Source: a virus (Duplodnaviria; Caudoviricetes). From it: DNA of 45,077 bases. The position numbers and the translations under genes are program-made. The stretch spans positions 1-45,077 of the IMG/VR virus record IMGVR_UViG_3300025018_000225. The stretch is one strand, 5' to 3'. Of this stretch, positions 9,268 through 17,500 are shown piece by piece; the stretch's first letter is position 1; each line of letters opens with the position of its first letter. Under the pieces are notes generated by a model that made no database searches, had not been told where the DNA came from, and worked only from the letters and a program-made list of their open reading frames with translations.

Positions 9268-10956
9268 TTACGCTGCAATGCCGCGTTGGGCGTTGATGAG
9301 GTCGGTGAGGGCGTTGTCGCCCCGGGTGTCGGTCTCGCTCAGGAGCTTGGCCGCCTGGGCGTTCTGGACCTGCTGCTCGGCCTGGATCTGTTGCTGCGCC
9401 ATCTGGGCACGCTGCTGCCGGATCTGGTCGCGCGGCTCGGGAAAGCGCAGGATGCGGTTGGTGACGCCCAGCATGTCGTGGTATTCGAGCGCGACCTTGT
9501 CAGCGTCGACGTTGTCGAGCACGTCCTTCTGGAATCCGGCGACGTTGCCGAGCACGCCGAGGAAGCGATCGAGCGCGCCGAGGCCCAGCATCTTCTGGAC
9601 CTGCGCCATCATGCTGACGTACTGCACGATCAGGGCCTGGCCCTGGATCTCCTCGGGCGGCTCAGGCAGCAGGCCGCGCGACAGCATCGAGGTGAAGCCG
9701 CGGGCGATGAGCGGGTCGAGGAGCTCGTCGTTGAGGTTCTCCAGGACCGGCCCGATCTGGAGGAGCTTCTCCTCCTGCTTGGCCCGGATCTCCTCGGCGG
9801 TGACCTGCCGGCGGTCGCTGTTGGCGATCATCAGGAAGAGGTCAGCGAAGCATCCGGCTTCGATCTGCTGCCGCGCGTCCTGGATCAGCGGGAAGATCTT
9901 CTCGACCGGGAAGGTGTGGGTGTTGTAAAGCGGTTGCACCAGGGGCGCGCCGCTCTTGGTGTCGTCGTAGTAGGTGATCCCGCCGGCGATCTGGGTGGTG
10001 GCCTGGCCGCGCATGCTCGACGGCGCCGTCAGCGGCGGGTCGGCCATCTTGTTCGTGCCCTTGTCGAGGGCTCGCTTGTAGGCCTGGAGCGCCTTGGAAT
10101 GGCCGCGGATGCGCTTGCCCGGACCCTGGCCGTAGGCGTTGCGGCCGGTGACCTGCCAGCGCGGGCAGAGGACCGGGAAGGAGTCGAAACCCTTGAGCGA
10201 CAGGACTGCGGTGTCCTTCGGGCTGTCGGCCTCGTAGTAGGTCGACAGGTAGCGCTTCTCGCGCGACATGATGCCGCGCGGGTTGTAGTCGGCGTTGGGG
10301 CACACGACATGCACCACGTCGATCGGGTCCTCGTATCCCTTGTTGTGCCAGCGCTGGGCGATCTTGGTGCTGACGTTCTCGATCTTGAACCGCTCGACGA
10401 CCTGGCGCACGGTCATGCGCAGCTCGCGGACGATGCAGTCGACGCGACGCTTCGAGTTGGTCGACAGCCAGTAGGTGCCGACCGCCAGGTTCTCGAAGCG
10501 GAAGACCTCCTCGTCGTCCTCCTCCATGACCATCGCGTCGACGCCGAAGGCCGCGACGTTGCCGTAGGTGATCGGGAGGGCGTTGTAGAGGTTCGAGGCG
10601 CGGAAGGCGTCGAGGAGCCGGTCGCGGCAGGCTTCCAGCCAGGCCTTGACTACGGGCAGCTCGGAGAGCGCCTTGTTGGCCAGGGTCAGCTCGAACCAGG
10701 GCCGGCTCGGGTTGGTGATGCCGGAGTGCAGGCCAGACGCGCAGGTCTCGATCGCGCGCACGGGCGTGTCGTCGATGATGCGGCTGTAGCTGTCGGCCTT
10801 GCCGTTCCCATGGTCCGAGCTCGACCACTGGCAGCGATCGGGCAGGACGTAGAGGTCGGCGTCCTTCCACCACGTCTCGAAGGACGTGCGCTCATTCTTG
10901 AGCGTGTTCCTGGTGGATTCGATCCGTTCCTTGAACTCGGTGGAGACGGCGACCAT
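9268..10956 (-). CDS. Portal / head-to-tail connector
   Basis: ASGLHSGITNPSRPWF, RW....AYGQGPG, TAEEIR...EEKL..GPVLE motifs; 562 aa. Confidence 0.95.
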   Translation of the reverse strand: MVAVSTEFKERIESTRNTLKNERTSFETWWKDADLYVLPDRCQWSSSDHGNGKADSYSRIIDDTPVRAIETCASGLHSGITNPSRPWFELTLANKALSELPVVKAWLEACRDRLLDAFRASNLYNALPITYGNVAAFGVDAMVMEEDDEEVFRFENLAVGTYWLSTNSKRRVDCIVRELRMTVRQVVERFKIENVSTKIAQRWHNKGYEDPIDVVHVVCPNADYNPRGIMSREKRYLSTYYEADSPKDTAVLSLKGFDSFPVLCPRWQVTGRNAYGQGPGKRIRGHSKALQAYKRALDKGTNKMADPPLTAPSSMRGQATTQIAGGITYYDDTKSGAPLVQPLYNTHTFPVEKIFPLIQDARQQIEAGCFADLFLMIANSDRRQVTAEEIRAKQEEKLLQIGPVLENLNDELLDPLIARGFTSMLSRGLLPEPPEEIQGQALIVQYVSMMAQVQKMLGLGALDRFLGVLGNVAGFQKDVLDNVDADKVALEYHDMLGVTNRILRFPEPRDQIRQQRAQMAQQQIQAEQQVQNAQAAKLLSETDTRGDNALTDLINAQRGIAA

Positions 10957-10959
10957 GGG

Positions 10960-11349
10960 TTACATTCCCAGCAGCGTTTTGCGCGCCACGTCGGCCGAGC
11001 CCAGGCTTGTGCCGCTGGTCAGGATGGTCCCGCCGCGGCCCTGGTTGGTCGCCACAGCAGCGCGGCGGCGGCGCTCCAGGGCGATCGGATCGAGGTCCTT
11101 GACCGATGCGTCGATGGCGCGCGCTTCGGCCGCTGCGGCGCGTTCCTGTTCCTTCTGCGCCATGCCGGCAGCCTGGTCGCGCTGATCGTCGCGGACGCGG
11201 GTGCCCGACTGCATGCCTACGGATAGCAGTTGGGTTCCGGTCACCTGGCCGGCGGCGGACGACAGGGCGCCAAGCGGGTCATCCTTGACGCTGCCATAGA
11301 GGTCCTCGGCGCCGTCGGTGATCTTCTTGACGGGGTTGCTGCTGCCCAT
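10960..11349 (-). CDS. Small pre-portal virion protein (T7 gp7.3-like position)
   Basis: MG start, C-terminal GRGGTILTS...KTLLG; true start at 11349, not 11790. Confidence 0.7.
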   Translation of the reverse strand: MGSSNPVKKITDGAEDLYGSVKDDPLGALSSAAGQVTGTQLLSVGMQSGTRVRDDQRDQAAGMAQKEQERAAAAEARAIDASVKDLDPIALERRRRAAVATNQGRGGTILTSGTSLGSADVARKTLLGM

Positions 11350-11351
11350 GG

Positions 11352-11828
11352 TCAGGTCCTCAGATTCTTGGCGTAGACGGTCTCGGCGTGGGCATAGCCC
11401 AGGCGCCGCAGGATGGCCGAGAAGTCGCGGCCGTCGCGGACGCTGTGGTGCACGACATGGCAGCCGATGGCCTGGAGCTGCGCGTCGCAGTAGTGCAGGA
11501 AGTCGATGCCGACATGGCCCTGGCGCGCCTCGGGCGACAGGAAGACGGCGTCCTGCCAGGCGCCTATCACGCCCATGCGCTGCGGGAACGGGCCGACCCA
11601 GAAGAGCGCGTAGCCGCGGAGCTCGCCGAGCTGCGTGTCGATCTCGGGCAGGTCGCGGACGGTGAAGGTGACCAGCCGGCCCTCGCGGCAGGCGGCGGTG
11701 TAGGCGGCGACATCGACGGCCGGAGGGGTGTCGCCGGGATAGGCCACCTCGCGCCAATGACCCATGACCAGGGGCTCGATCCCTGACCATGCATGGTCGA
11801 ACGGCTCACGCGCGAAGGCTACGCCCAT
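11352..11828 (-). CDS. GNAT-family acetyltransferase-like protein
   Basis: FLSPEARQGHVG (motif A-like) and LRRLGY near the C-terminus. Confidence 0.65.
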   Translation of the reverse strand: MGVAFAREPFDHAWSGIEPLVMGHWREVAYPGDTPPAVDVAAYTAACREGRLVTFTVRDLPEIDTQLGELRGYALFWVGPFPQRMGVIGAWQDAVFLSPEARQGHVGIDFLHYCDAQLQAIGCHVVHHSVRDGRDFSAILRRLGYAHAETVYAKNLRT

Positions 11829-11878
11829 GCGGCGAGCGTAGCGGCGGCAGGGTCAGGCGCGACGGTTCGGCTTTTGCA
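11829..11878 (-). promoter_or_regulatory. Putative late promoter 2 (leaderless)
   Basis: TGCAAAAGCCGAACCGTC (11878-11861), 20 nt, TACGCT, 6 nt, ATG. Confidence 0.75.
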
Positions 11879-11883
11879 TCTGG

Positions 11884-13386
11884 CTACCGGTCGTCCGGGT
11901 GCTTGTAGGGGTCCGACTCGGTGATGCTCATGCCAGCGCCCTGGCGCGATCCGTCGGCGCGGGCGGCGACGTGGTAGGCGAAGGTCAGGGCCAGAGCGTC
12001 GGCACGGTCGGGGCTCGACAGTCCGCGCTTCTTCATGTCGTCCTTCGACTCCAGGCGTATCTCGCTGTGCTGGTTGTAGCCGTACTCGCGGCTCTCCAGT
12101 TGGGTGCGCAGGTCGGCATCGTCGCGGATGCTGCCGCCGGTCTTGAGCCACTGGCGCATGCGCGCCCAGCATTCGGCGCCCTTGTTGGCCACGCTCTCGC
12201 CATCGACAGGCACGTCCGAGACGGCGCCGTTGTTGACCCCAAAGACGCGATGGCCGAGCTGGCGCAGGCGGTCGACCACGGCACCGCCGATGCCGGTCTC
12301 GTCGACCATGACGGCGTCGGCCTGCTGCTGCCGGATGATCTCGGCGACCTTGCCGGCGAGCGTCATGGTGTCGACCCCGCGGAAGGTGAGTGTCGGCCAG
12401 GTGCGCGCGTCCCGGCCGCGGCGGACCAGGATGACGCTCTCGTCGTCGCCGAAGCGCGCGACGTCGACGCCGATGATGACCGGGTCGTAGAGGGTGGGGT
12501 TGGCTTCGATCTTCGTGGCCGCCTCGACCACGTCGGAGGGGATGAACTGCATGGAGCCTGCCCTGGGGAAAAGCCCGCGCACGCGCACGCGGACGAAGTC
12601 GCTGTCCTCGCCGTAGTCGGCGATCCACTTGTCGATCTGGACCTTGTTGGTGCCGCGCACGGTGCGGCTGTCGATCTGCTCGTGCTGCCAGCGGTGGCCC
12701 AGGCGCCCGAAGGCCTCGCGGAAGCGGCCGGCGTTGCGGGTCGGGTTGCCGAAGCACGCCCAGATGATCTCCGTGCCTTCGTCGGTGAGCGCACCCTCGA
12801 CGGTCTCCCAGATGATGTCCGGGATGGCTGACGCCTCGTCGAAGACGACCAGGATCCGGTGGCCCTTGTTGTGCAGGCCGGCGAATGCCTCTGGTGCGCG
12901 CTCGTTCCAGGGGATCGCATCGACGCGCCAGGTCTTCTCGTGGTCCTCGTCGGCCGAGAAGATGGCGGTCGCGGTGAACTTGAACCAGTGCGAGCACAGC
13001 ATCAGGCGGTGCCACTTCGCCACCTCGGGCCAGGTCTTGGTGGTGAGCTGGCGGTCGGTGTTGGCGGTGACGACCCCACGCGTGTCCTCGTGCGTCGAGA
13101 GCGCCCAGAGGATCAGCCAGGACACCAGCGCCGACTTCCCGATGCCATGGCCGGAGCTGACCGCGATCTGGATGGCCTCGGATACGGCGGTGATCGCGTC
13201 GGCGCCCTCGCGCAGCCGCTTGCCGACGTGCTCCAGCATGGCGATCTGCCAATCGCGCGGGCCGGTCTCGTCGGCCAGCTCGGTGCCGGGCTCGCCCCAG
13301 GGGAAAACAGCGAGCACGAAACCCAATGGATCGTGCTCGAATCCTGCTATCAACGCTATAAGATCATCTTCTGCATCGTTTGTCAT
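11884..13386 (-). CDS. terL: Terminase large subunit
   Basis: SGHGIGKS Walker A, VVFDEAS Walker B, GNPTR, GVDVARFGDD, SPDRADAL. Confidence 0.95.
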   Translation of the reverse strand: MTNDAEDDLIALIAGFEHDPLGFVLAVFPWGEPGTELADETGPRDWQIAMLEHVGKRLREGADAITAVSEAIQIAVSSGHGIGKSALVSWLILWALSTHEDTRGVVTANTDRQLTTKTWPEVAKWHRLMLCSHWFKFTATAIFSADEDHEKTWRVDAIPWNERAPEAFAGLHNKGHRILVVFDEASAIPDIIWETVEGALTDEGTEIIWACFGNPTRNAGRFREAFGRLGHRWQHEQIDSRTVRGTNKVQIDKWIADYGEDSDFVRVRVRGLFPRAGSMQFIPSDVVEAATKIEANPTLYDPVIIGVDVARFGDDESVILVRRGRDARTWPTLTFRGVDTMTLAGKVAEIIRQQQADAVMVDETGIGGAVVDRLRQLGHRVFGVNNGAVSDVPVDGESVANKGAECWARMRQWLKTGGSIRDDADLRTQLESREYGYNQHSEIRLESKDDMKKRGLSSPDRADALALTFAYHVAARADGSRQGAGMSITESDPYKHPDDR

Positions 13387-13928
13387 TTGGCGTTCCTTCC
13401 TACATACACGGCTGCTGCGCGCATAATGTCGGTAGAATCAAACATCAGACCAATGGCTATGTTGCACCTCGTGCAAAGTAGGCCTCTGACTTTCCCGCTC
13501 ACATGGCAATGATCGACCTGTAGCCCATGCCCACCCTTCCCGGTAACTTGCCTGCGGCAGATGTCGCAGCGATGTCCGCGTTCTTCCTTCATGCTGTCGA
13601 CCTGCTCAGGGGTCAGGCCGTACTTTCTTCTCATCTCGCACCGACGAGAGGCTGCCCGTGCAGCTCCCGATTCCATTTTCTTACGGCTACGATCCCGCTG
13701 ATAATCTATTGTCCTCTGGTAATGCTCCCTGCCCCATGCGCGTTCGCATTCAAGGCAGCGCGCTCTTCGGTTGTACCTGTCGCCTTTCCCAGGCTTGGTG
13801 TTCCCATAACTGGATAGCGGCAACTCTTTCCCGCACTTACGACACGGCTTCATTAGCCCAAGGGGGTCATGGACGAAGCGCGCCAGGTCCTCGGTGATCT
13901 GGTCCTCGCGGTCGACGGTCTCGGTCAT
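13383..13928 (-). CDS. Endonuclease VII-type (His-Me finger) putative homing endonuclease fused to a TerL-like N-terminal peptide
   Basis: KYGLT...CDIC...VDHCHVSGKVRGLLCTRCN..IG motif; N-terminal CxxC...CxxC; lower GC than the flanks. Confidence 0.85.
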   Translation of the reverse strand: MTETVDREDQITEDLARFVHDPLGLMKPCRKCGKELPLSSYGNTKPGKGDRYNRRARCLECERAWGREHYQRTIDYQRDRSRKKMESGAARAASRRCEMRRKYGLTPEQVDSMKEERGHRCDICRRQVTGKGGHGLQVDHCHVSGKVRGLLCTRCNIAIGLMFDSTDIMRAAAVYVGRNAK

Positions 13929-14116
13929 GCCCCGGCCCTTCGCTTAATCTCGGCATGAATAGCCTTTCGCGTCCGATCCCATTCCTCGGCGCGACCTGCC
14001 CACACGGTTCGTCTGGTGTCCGTCATAATGGCCAGGCCGTCGAGTAGTTCGCTGATGGAGTTCTCGGTGGGGAAGCGCTTGCCGAAGAGGGTGGCGATGG
14101 TGGTTGGTTCGGTCAT
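13925..14116 (-). CDS. Hypothetical protein
   Basis: MTEPTTIATLFGK..., ATGA-coupled on both sides. Confidence 0.55.
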   Translation of the reverse strand: MTEPTTIATLFGKRFPTENSISELLDGLAIMTDTRRTVWAGRAEEWDRTRKAIHAEIKRRAGA

Positions 14117-14343
14117 AGTGATGTCATGGTATTGGGGGTTATGGGGATGCCGTTGTAGGCCATAGCCGGCACCGCCTCGCATGCCTGCGCCCACTGCCGG
14201 ACGGTGGCGGCTGCTCCTTCGAGCTCGGCCGCGTGCTGCTTCGCCTCGTCCGTGCCCAGGGCGCGGATCTCGCCGGCGACGTCCTCCATGTCGATCGCCA
14301 GGACGATCATGTGGGCGGTGAGGGGCTGGGCGGTCATGGTCAT
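14113..14343 (-). CDS. Hypothetical protein
   Basis: MTMTAQPLTAH..., GGAG SD, ATGA-coupled. Confidence 0.55.
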   Translation of the reverse strand: MTMTAQPLTAHMIVLAIDMEDVAGEIRALGTDEAKQHAAELEGAAATVRQWAQACEAVPAMAYNGIPITPNTMTSL

Positions 14344-14606
14344 GCTCCGATCTTGAGGTGATGATGCCGGTCGATGCCGGTGGTTCGCTTGCCGTCGACG
14401 GTGACGGCGAAGTAGCGCGGGGCGTTCTGAGCGGCGATGGTCACGGCGCAGATGCCGAGGCCGGTGATGCGGGCGAGCTCGGCGGGCGACATGGCCCGGC
14501 CTGCGTCTTCGAGCGCGCACAGCAGGCGGTCCCTGATCTGCCGTTTCCGGTCATGGATCCGGTCGCGCTCGGTCTCTCTGTCCATTATTGACGCACTCAT
14601 AATCAT
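14340..14606 (-). CDS. Winged-helix DNA-binding protein
   Basis: LLCALEDAGRAMSPAELARITGL HTH pattern; GGAG SD; ATGA-coupled. Confidence 0.6.
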   Translation of the reverse strand: MIMSASIMDRETERDRIHDRKRQIRDRLLCALEDAGRAMSPAELARITGLGICAVTIAAQNAPRYFAVTVDGKRTTGIDRHHHLKIGA

Positions 14607-14779
14607 GTGTTGCTCCGTGGTGGTTGGTCGAGCTTGAGCCGTTCGAGCCAGAGGGCGCGCTGGAGTTCGCCGGTGGCGGACAGGGCGGCTTCGAGGTGCT
14701 CGCGGCGGTGCGTGGGGTCGTTCTTGGCGCAGGCAACCGCGATGTCGACGCGGGATAGAGCTTGCTCGGCGATCTTCAT
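14603..14779 (-). CDS. Hypothetical protein
   Basis: MKIAEQALSRVD..., ATGA-coupled to the stop at 14776. Confidence 0.55.
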   Translation of the reverse strand: MKIAEQALSRVDIAVACAKNDPTHRREHLEAALSATGELQRALWLERLKLDQPPRSNT

Positions 14780-15424
14780 GGCAGGGCGCCAAATAGCGTT
14801 TGCTGGGCAAGCGTCGGGACTTCTCCAGCCTGCTCGGCGAGGAACTGGCGCAGCCCTTCGGCTTGGGCTTTGTCGCCTCGGAACCATCCAGTCCCGTCAA
14901 CGCTGCGGGCGCCGTGCTTGGCCGCCACGCGCAGCCAGCGCAATGTGTTCACCCGGCCGATGTGAACCCAGGGATGAGCGGCGCACCACATGCTAGCGGT
15001 GGTCCATTTCCACTCGGTTGATCCGCCCACGAAAAGGACTTCTGCCCCCCCCCGGAATGTCGTCCGGTGTCATCCCGTCCTGGACGGCGAAGGCAGGGCG
15101 GAAGCCGGCGGCGATCACTTCGTCGCTGTAGCGTTCCCAGGCGGCGAGCGTGCCGGCCTTATCGGCGACAACGTCAGGGACCAATGCCCACAGCGGACGC
15201 TGTCCGCACGATCCGGCCCATCCGAGGAGCGCACGCCAGGCTGCCACGTCCCAGGGCTGGCCGCTGGTGAACGATCCAAATGCCCCGTTGTCGAGCGCGT
15301 AGGGCAGGAATGGGAACGGTCCGCGCTGGGCGCCAGGGCTGTACAGGTGGCCGAGCTGGCCCTCGTAGCGGCCGGCGAGGTAGCCGACCCAGGCGCCCGT
15401 GCAGTTGGCGGGCATGATGACCAT
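14776..15424 (-). pseudogene. DpdA/TGT-like (tRNA-guanine transglycosylase fold) gene, frameshifted at a G9 tract
   Basis: LDNGAF, VPDVVAD, AVQDG in one frame; LFVGGSTEWK, HIGRVN, SVDGTG in the other; deleting one G from 15045-15053 gives a 215-aa ORF. Confidence 0.7.
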
Positions 15425-15425
15425 G
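15279..15425. repeat. 147-bp direct repeat, copy A (partner 16633-16779)
   Basis: Ungapped alignment with 6 mismatches, all at synonymous third positions. Confidence 0.95.
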
Positions 15426-15428
15426 GGT

Positions 15429-16283
15429 TTAGACGCCACAAATCCCCGCGCATTCTTGGGCCATGCCCCAATCAATGGACTGCTGGCCGGCTATCCCGTC
15501 GATGGGCGCTTGATCCAGAGGCAGAAGACTGCGGTGTAGATACACGGGATGCGGCATCCCGTGTAATGGCATGCTGTCCCTAATGGCGCGATCAAACTGC
15601 ACTGCGTCCGCCCATTGTACGGGATCCCTGCGGATCTCGCGCCATTCGGCGTTGCTGTGAAAGGGGCAGCCGATGCATGCGGAACGGGGGGGGGTCGGGT
15701 ATCCATGCGCCGACATCCAGGCGAGGCAGTCCTGGCGGGTCATGCTGTGCGGGCGCAGGTTAGCCTCGGAGGAATCGCCGTACGGAAGCTCAATCAGCGG
15801 GTGCCAGAACCGCATCCATGGCACCTGGCTGCGCTTCATGCGCTGCATCTCGTCGCCGCTGATGCCTATCCACTGCTCTACGCGCAGATCCTTGGGTAGG
15901 CGCGACCCCGCCTTGTGGCCCATCAACTCCTTAACCTTCCGCTCAATGGGAATGATCTTAAAGTTGCTCGTGCACGATCGATTCATCAGGCTGGCGCGCC
16001 CGTCCTCGCCCTCCGTGAAGAACGGAGGTGACGACACCCGCTTGCCGGTCTTGACTGCATCCATGACGTGATCACGGAGGTTGCCATCGCTGACCGTGTG
16101 GATCGGGATTCCGGCCTTGTCGGCCTCGGCCCGCAGCCATTCCATCCATTTGTAGACGCCAGGCGGCTCCCAGCCAACATCCGCGAAGATGCAATGATCG
16201 ATGCGCGGAAGCTCGCCACGGATCGACATCAGCAGGATGGTGGACGACTGAACGCCAGCGCCGAGTGACAGGATGCGAATCAT
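15429..16283 (-). CDS. PAPS-reductase/DndC-like PP-loop protein
   Basis: ILSLGAGVQS, IFADVGWE, RSCT..FKI.PI, WIGISGDE, PLIE, SACIGCPF, terminal ECAGIC. Confidence 0.8.
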   Translation of the reverse strand: MIRILSLGAGVQSSTILLMSIRGELPRIDHCIFADVGWEPPGVYKWMEWLRAEADKAGIPIHTVSDGNLRDHVMDAVKTGKRVSSPPFFTEGEDGRASLMNRSCTSNFKIIPIERKVKELMGHKAGSRLPKDLRVEQWIGISGDEMQRMKRSQVPWMRFWHPLIELPYGDSSEANLRPHSMTRQDCLAWMSAHGYPTPPRSACIGCPFHSNAEWREIRRDPVQWADAVQFDRAIRDSMPLHGMPHPVYLHRSLLPLDQAPIDGIAGQQSIDWGMAQECAGICGV

Positions 16284-16621
16284 CGTGCCCCGCACATCTG
16301 GCTCATCTTATTATGCCACCTCACCGCCTCCGCCGCGTCCGCGCTAAACGGGCTGCAATACCCGCACTGGCACTCCGCGCGCCATTCCAGCGGTATGCCC
16401 GCCTTGTTGTGGTTCGGCGTGCGCGCCAGGTCTAGGACGGCGTTGCAGTGGGGGCAGGGGCCGAGGCGCGCCGACTCGTCGCCAGCGGCCGGCGCGGGGG
16501 AGGGGATGGGCTGGGTGGGCTGCTCCTGCTTGCAGTCGTGGTACTGCACCGGACCAAGCGATCCCCACAGGATCTGGTCGCCGCAGTGCGAGCAGTGGCG
16601 GTGGTTCGGGAATACGATCAT
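16280..16621 (-). CDS. Zn-finger protein with a Lar (restriction alleviation)-like C-terminal domain
   Basis: LGPCPHC...ECQCG...AEAVRWHN matches the Lar pattern PCPxC...C..C...eA..WN. Confidence 0.55.
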   Translation of the reverse strand: MIVFPNHRHCSHCGDQILWGSLGPVQYHDCKQEQPTQPIPSPAPAAGDESARLGPCPHCNAVLDLARTPNHNKAGIPLEWRAECQCGYCSPFSADAAEAVRWHNKMSQMCGAR

Positions 16622-16632
16622 GGGTGCGCCTC

Positions 16633-16784
16633 AATGCCCCGTTGTCGAGCGCGTAGGGCAGGAATGGGAACGGGCCGCGCTGGGCGCCGGGGCTGTACAG
16701 GTGGCCGAGTTGCCCCTCGTAGCGGCCGGCGAGGTAGCCGACCCATGCGCCTGTGCAGTTGGCGGGCATGATGACCATGCTCAT
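16633..16784 (-). pseudogene. 5' fragment (about 50 codons) of the DpdA-like gene; repeat copy B
   Basis: MSMVIMPANCTG...LDNGA, then homology stops; ATG overlaps the DnaC-like stop. Confidence 0.8.
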
Positions 16785-17500
16785 GCCAGCCGCCTATCCT
16801 TGCCGTCGATCTCGACGACAGCGTCGCCCAGCAGGCGCGAGGCGATGGCCCCTCCGAAGGTCTGGCGCAGGTCGTCCGGGTTGAGGTTCGTGGTCCAGAT
16901 GGTCGTACGCCCGTCCTTGCGGCGCTGGGTGGCGATCTCGTAGACGGCTTCGAGGACCCACTCGCTCGGCTTCACGCACCCGATGTCGTCGATGGCCAGG
17001 ATGCGCTCGTCCTGGCACCATGCGTCCAGCTTCTCGCGGTCGTAGCGGGCGCGGCGGATGTCGCTCGACTCGCTGATGATCGCCATGATGTCCTTGGCGA
17101 CGACCTCGCGCACGCGGCGCTCTGCCCAGACGGCTTCCGGTTCGGCCTTCCACTTCCGGGCGGCGGTGAGCTGGTGGCGGATGCGCTCGCCGGTCTCGAT
17201 CAGGTCCCGGGCATGGCGCAGGCGCTGACCGCGGAGGAGGCCGTAGAGCTGGAAGGTCTTGCCGGTGCCCGGCGGCCCGACGATGAGCGCGGACCCGCCG
17301 ATCTCCTTGGCCTGGACGGCAGCCATGACGGTCTGGCGGACGGCTTCGATCGCCACGGCCTTGCGGTACTCGGTGGGCAGGGTGGCCTCGATGTCGGCCT
17401 TGGTCAGCCGGTAGACGAGGTCCTCGGGCATGGGCGGCAGCGGAGCCGACGGCCTGGCGATCCCACCCAGGGCCTCGCCGATGGTGATGGGATGGCTCAT
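16781..17500 (-). CDS. DnaC/IstB-like AAA+ helicase loader
   Basis: GPPGTGKT, LAIDDIG, TTNL, IASRL. Confidence 0.85.
   Translation of the reverse strand: MSHPITIGEALGGIARPSAPLPPMPEDLVYRLTKADIEATLPTEYRKAVAIEAVRQTVMAAVQAKEIGGSALIVGPPGTGKTFQLYGLLRGQRLRHARDLIETGERIRHQLTAARKWKAEPEAVWAERRVREVVAKDIMAIISESSDIRRARYDREKLDAWCQDERILAIDDIGCVKPSEWVLEAVYEIATQRRKDGRTTIWTTNLNPDDLRQTFGGAIASRLLGDAVVEIDGKDRRLA

Noticed and set aside
13383-13928. Intein or group I intron in terL
   Set aside because: No splice-junction residues or room for a ribozyme core; TerL has its own complete N-terminus
14611-14624. TGCTCCGTGGTGGT repeated at about 25903-25916
   Set aside because: Coincides with GGAG ribosome-binding sites; only two copies, too weak to call a separate element
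15279-16779. Possible diversity-generating retroelement TR/VR pair, given the BPP-1-like architecture
   Set aside because: No reverse transcriptase in the genome; mismatches are synonymous and not adenine-specific; not in a ligand-binding gene
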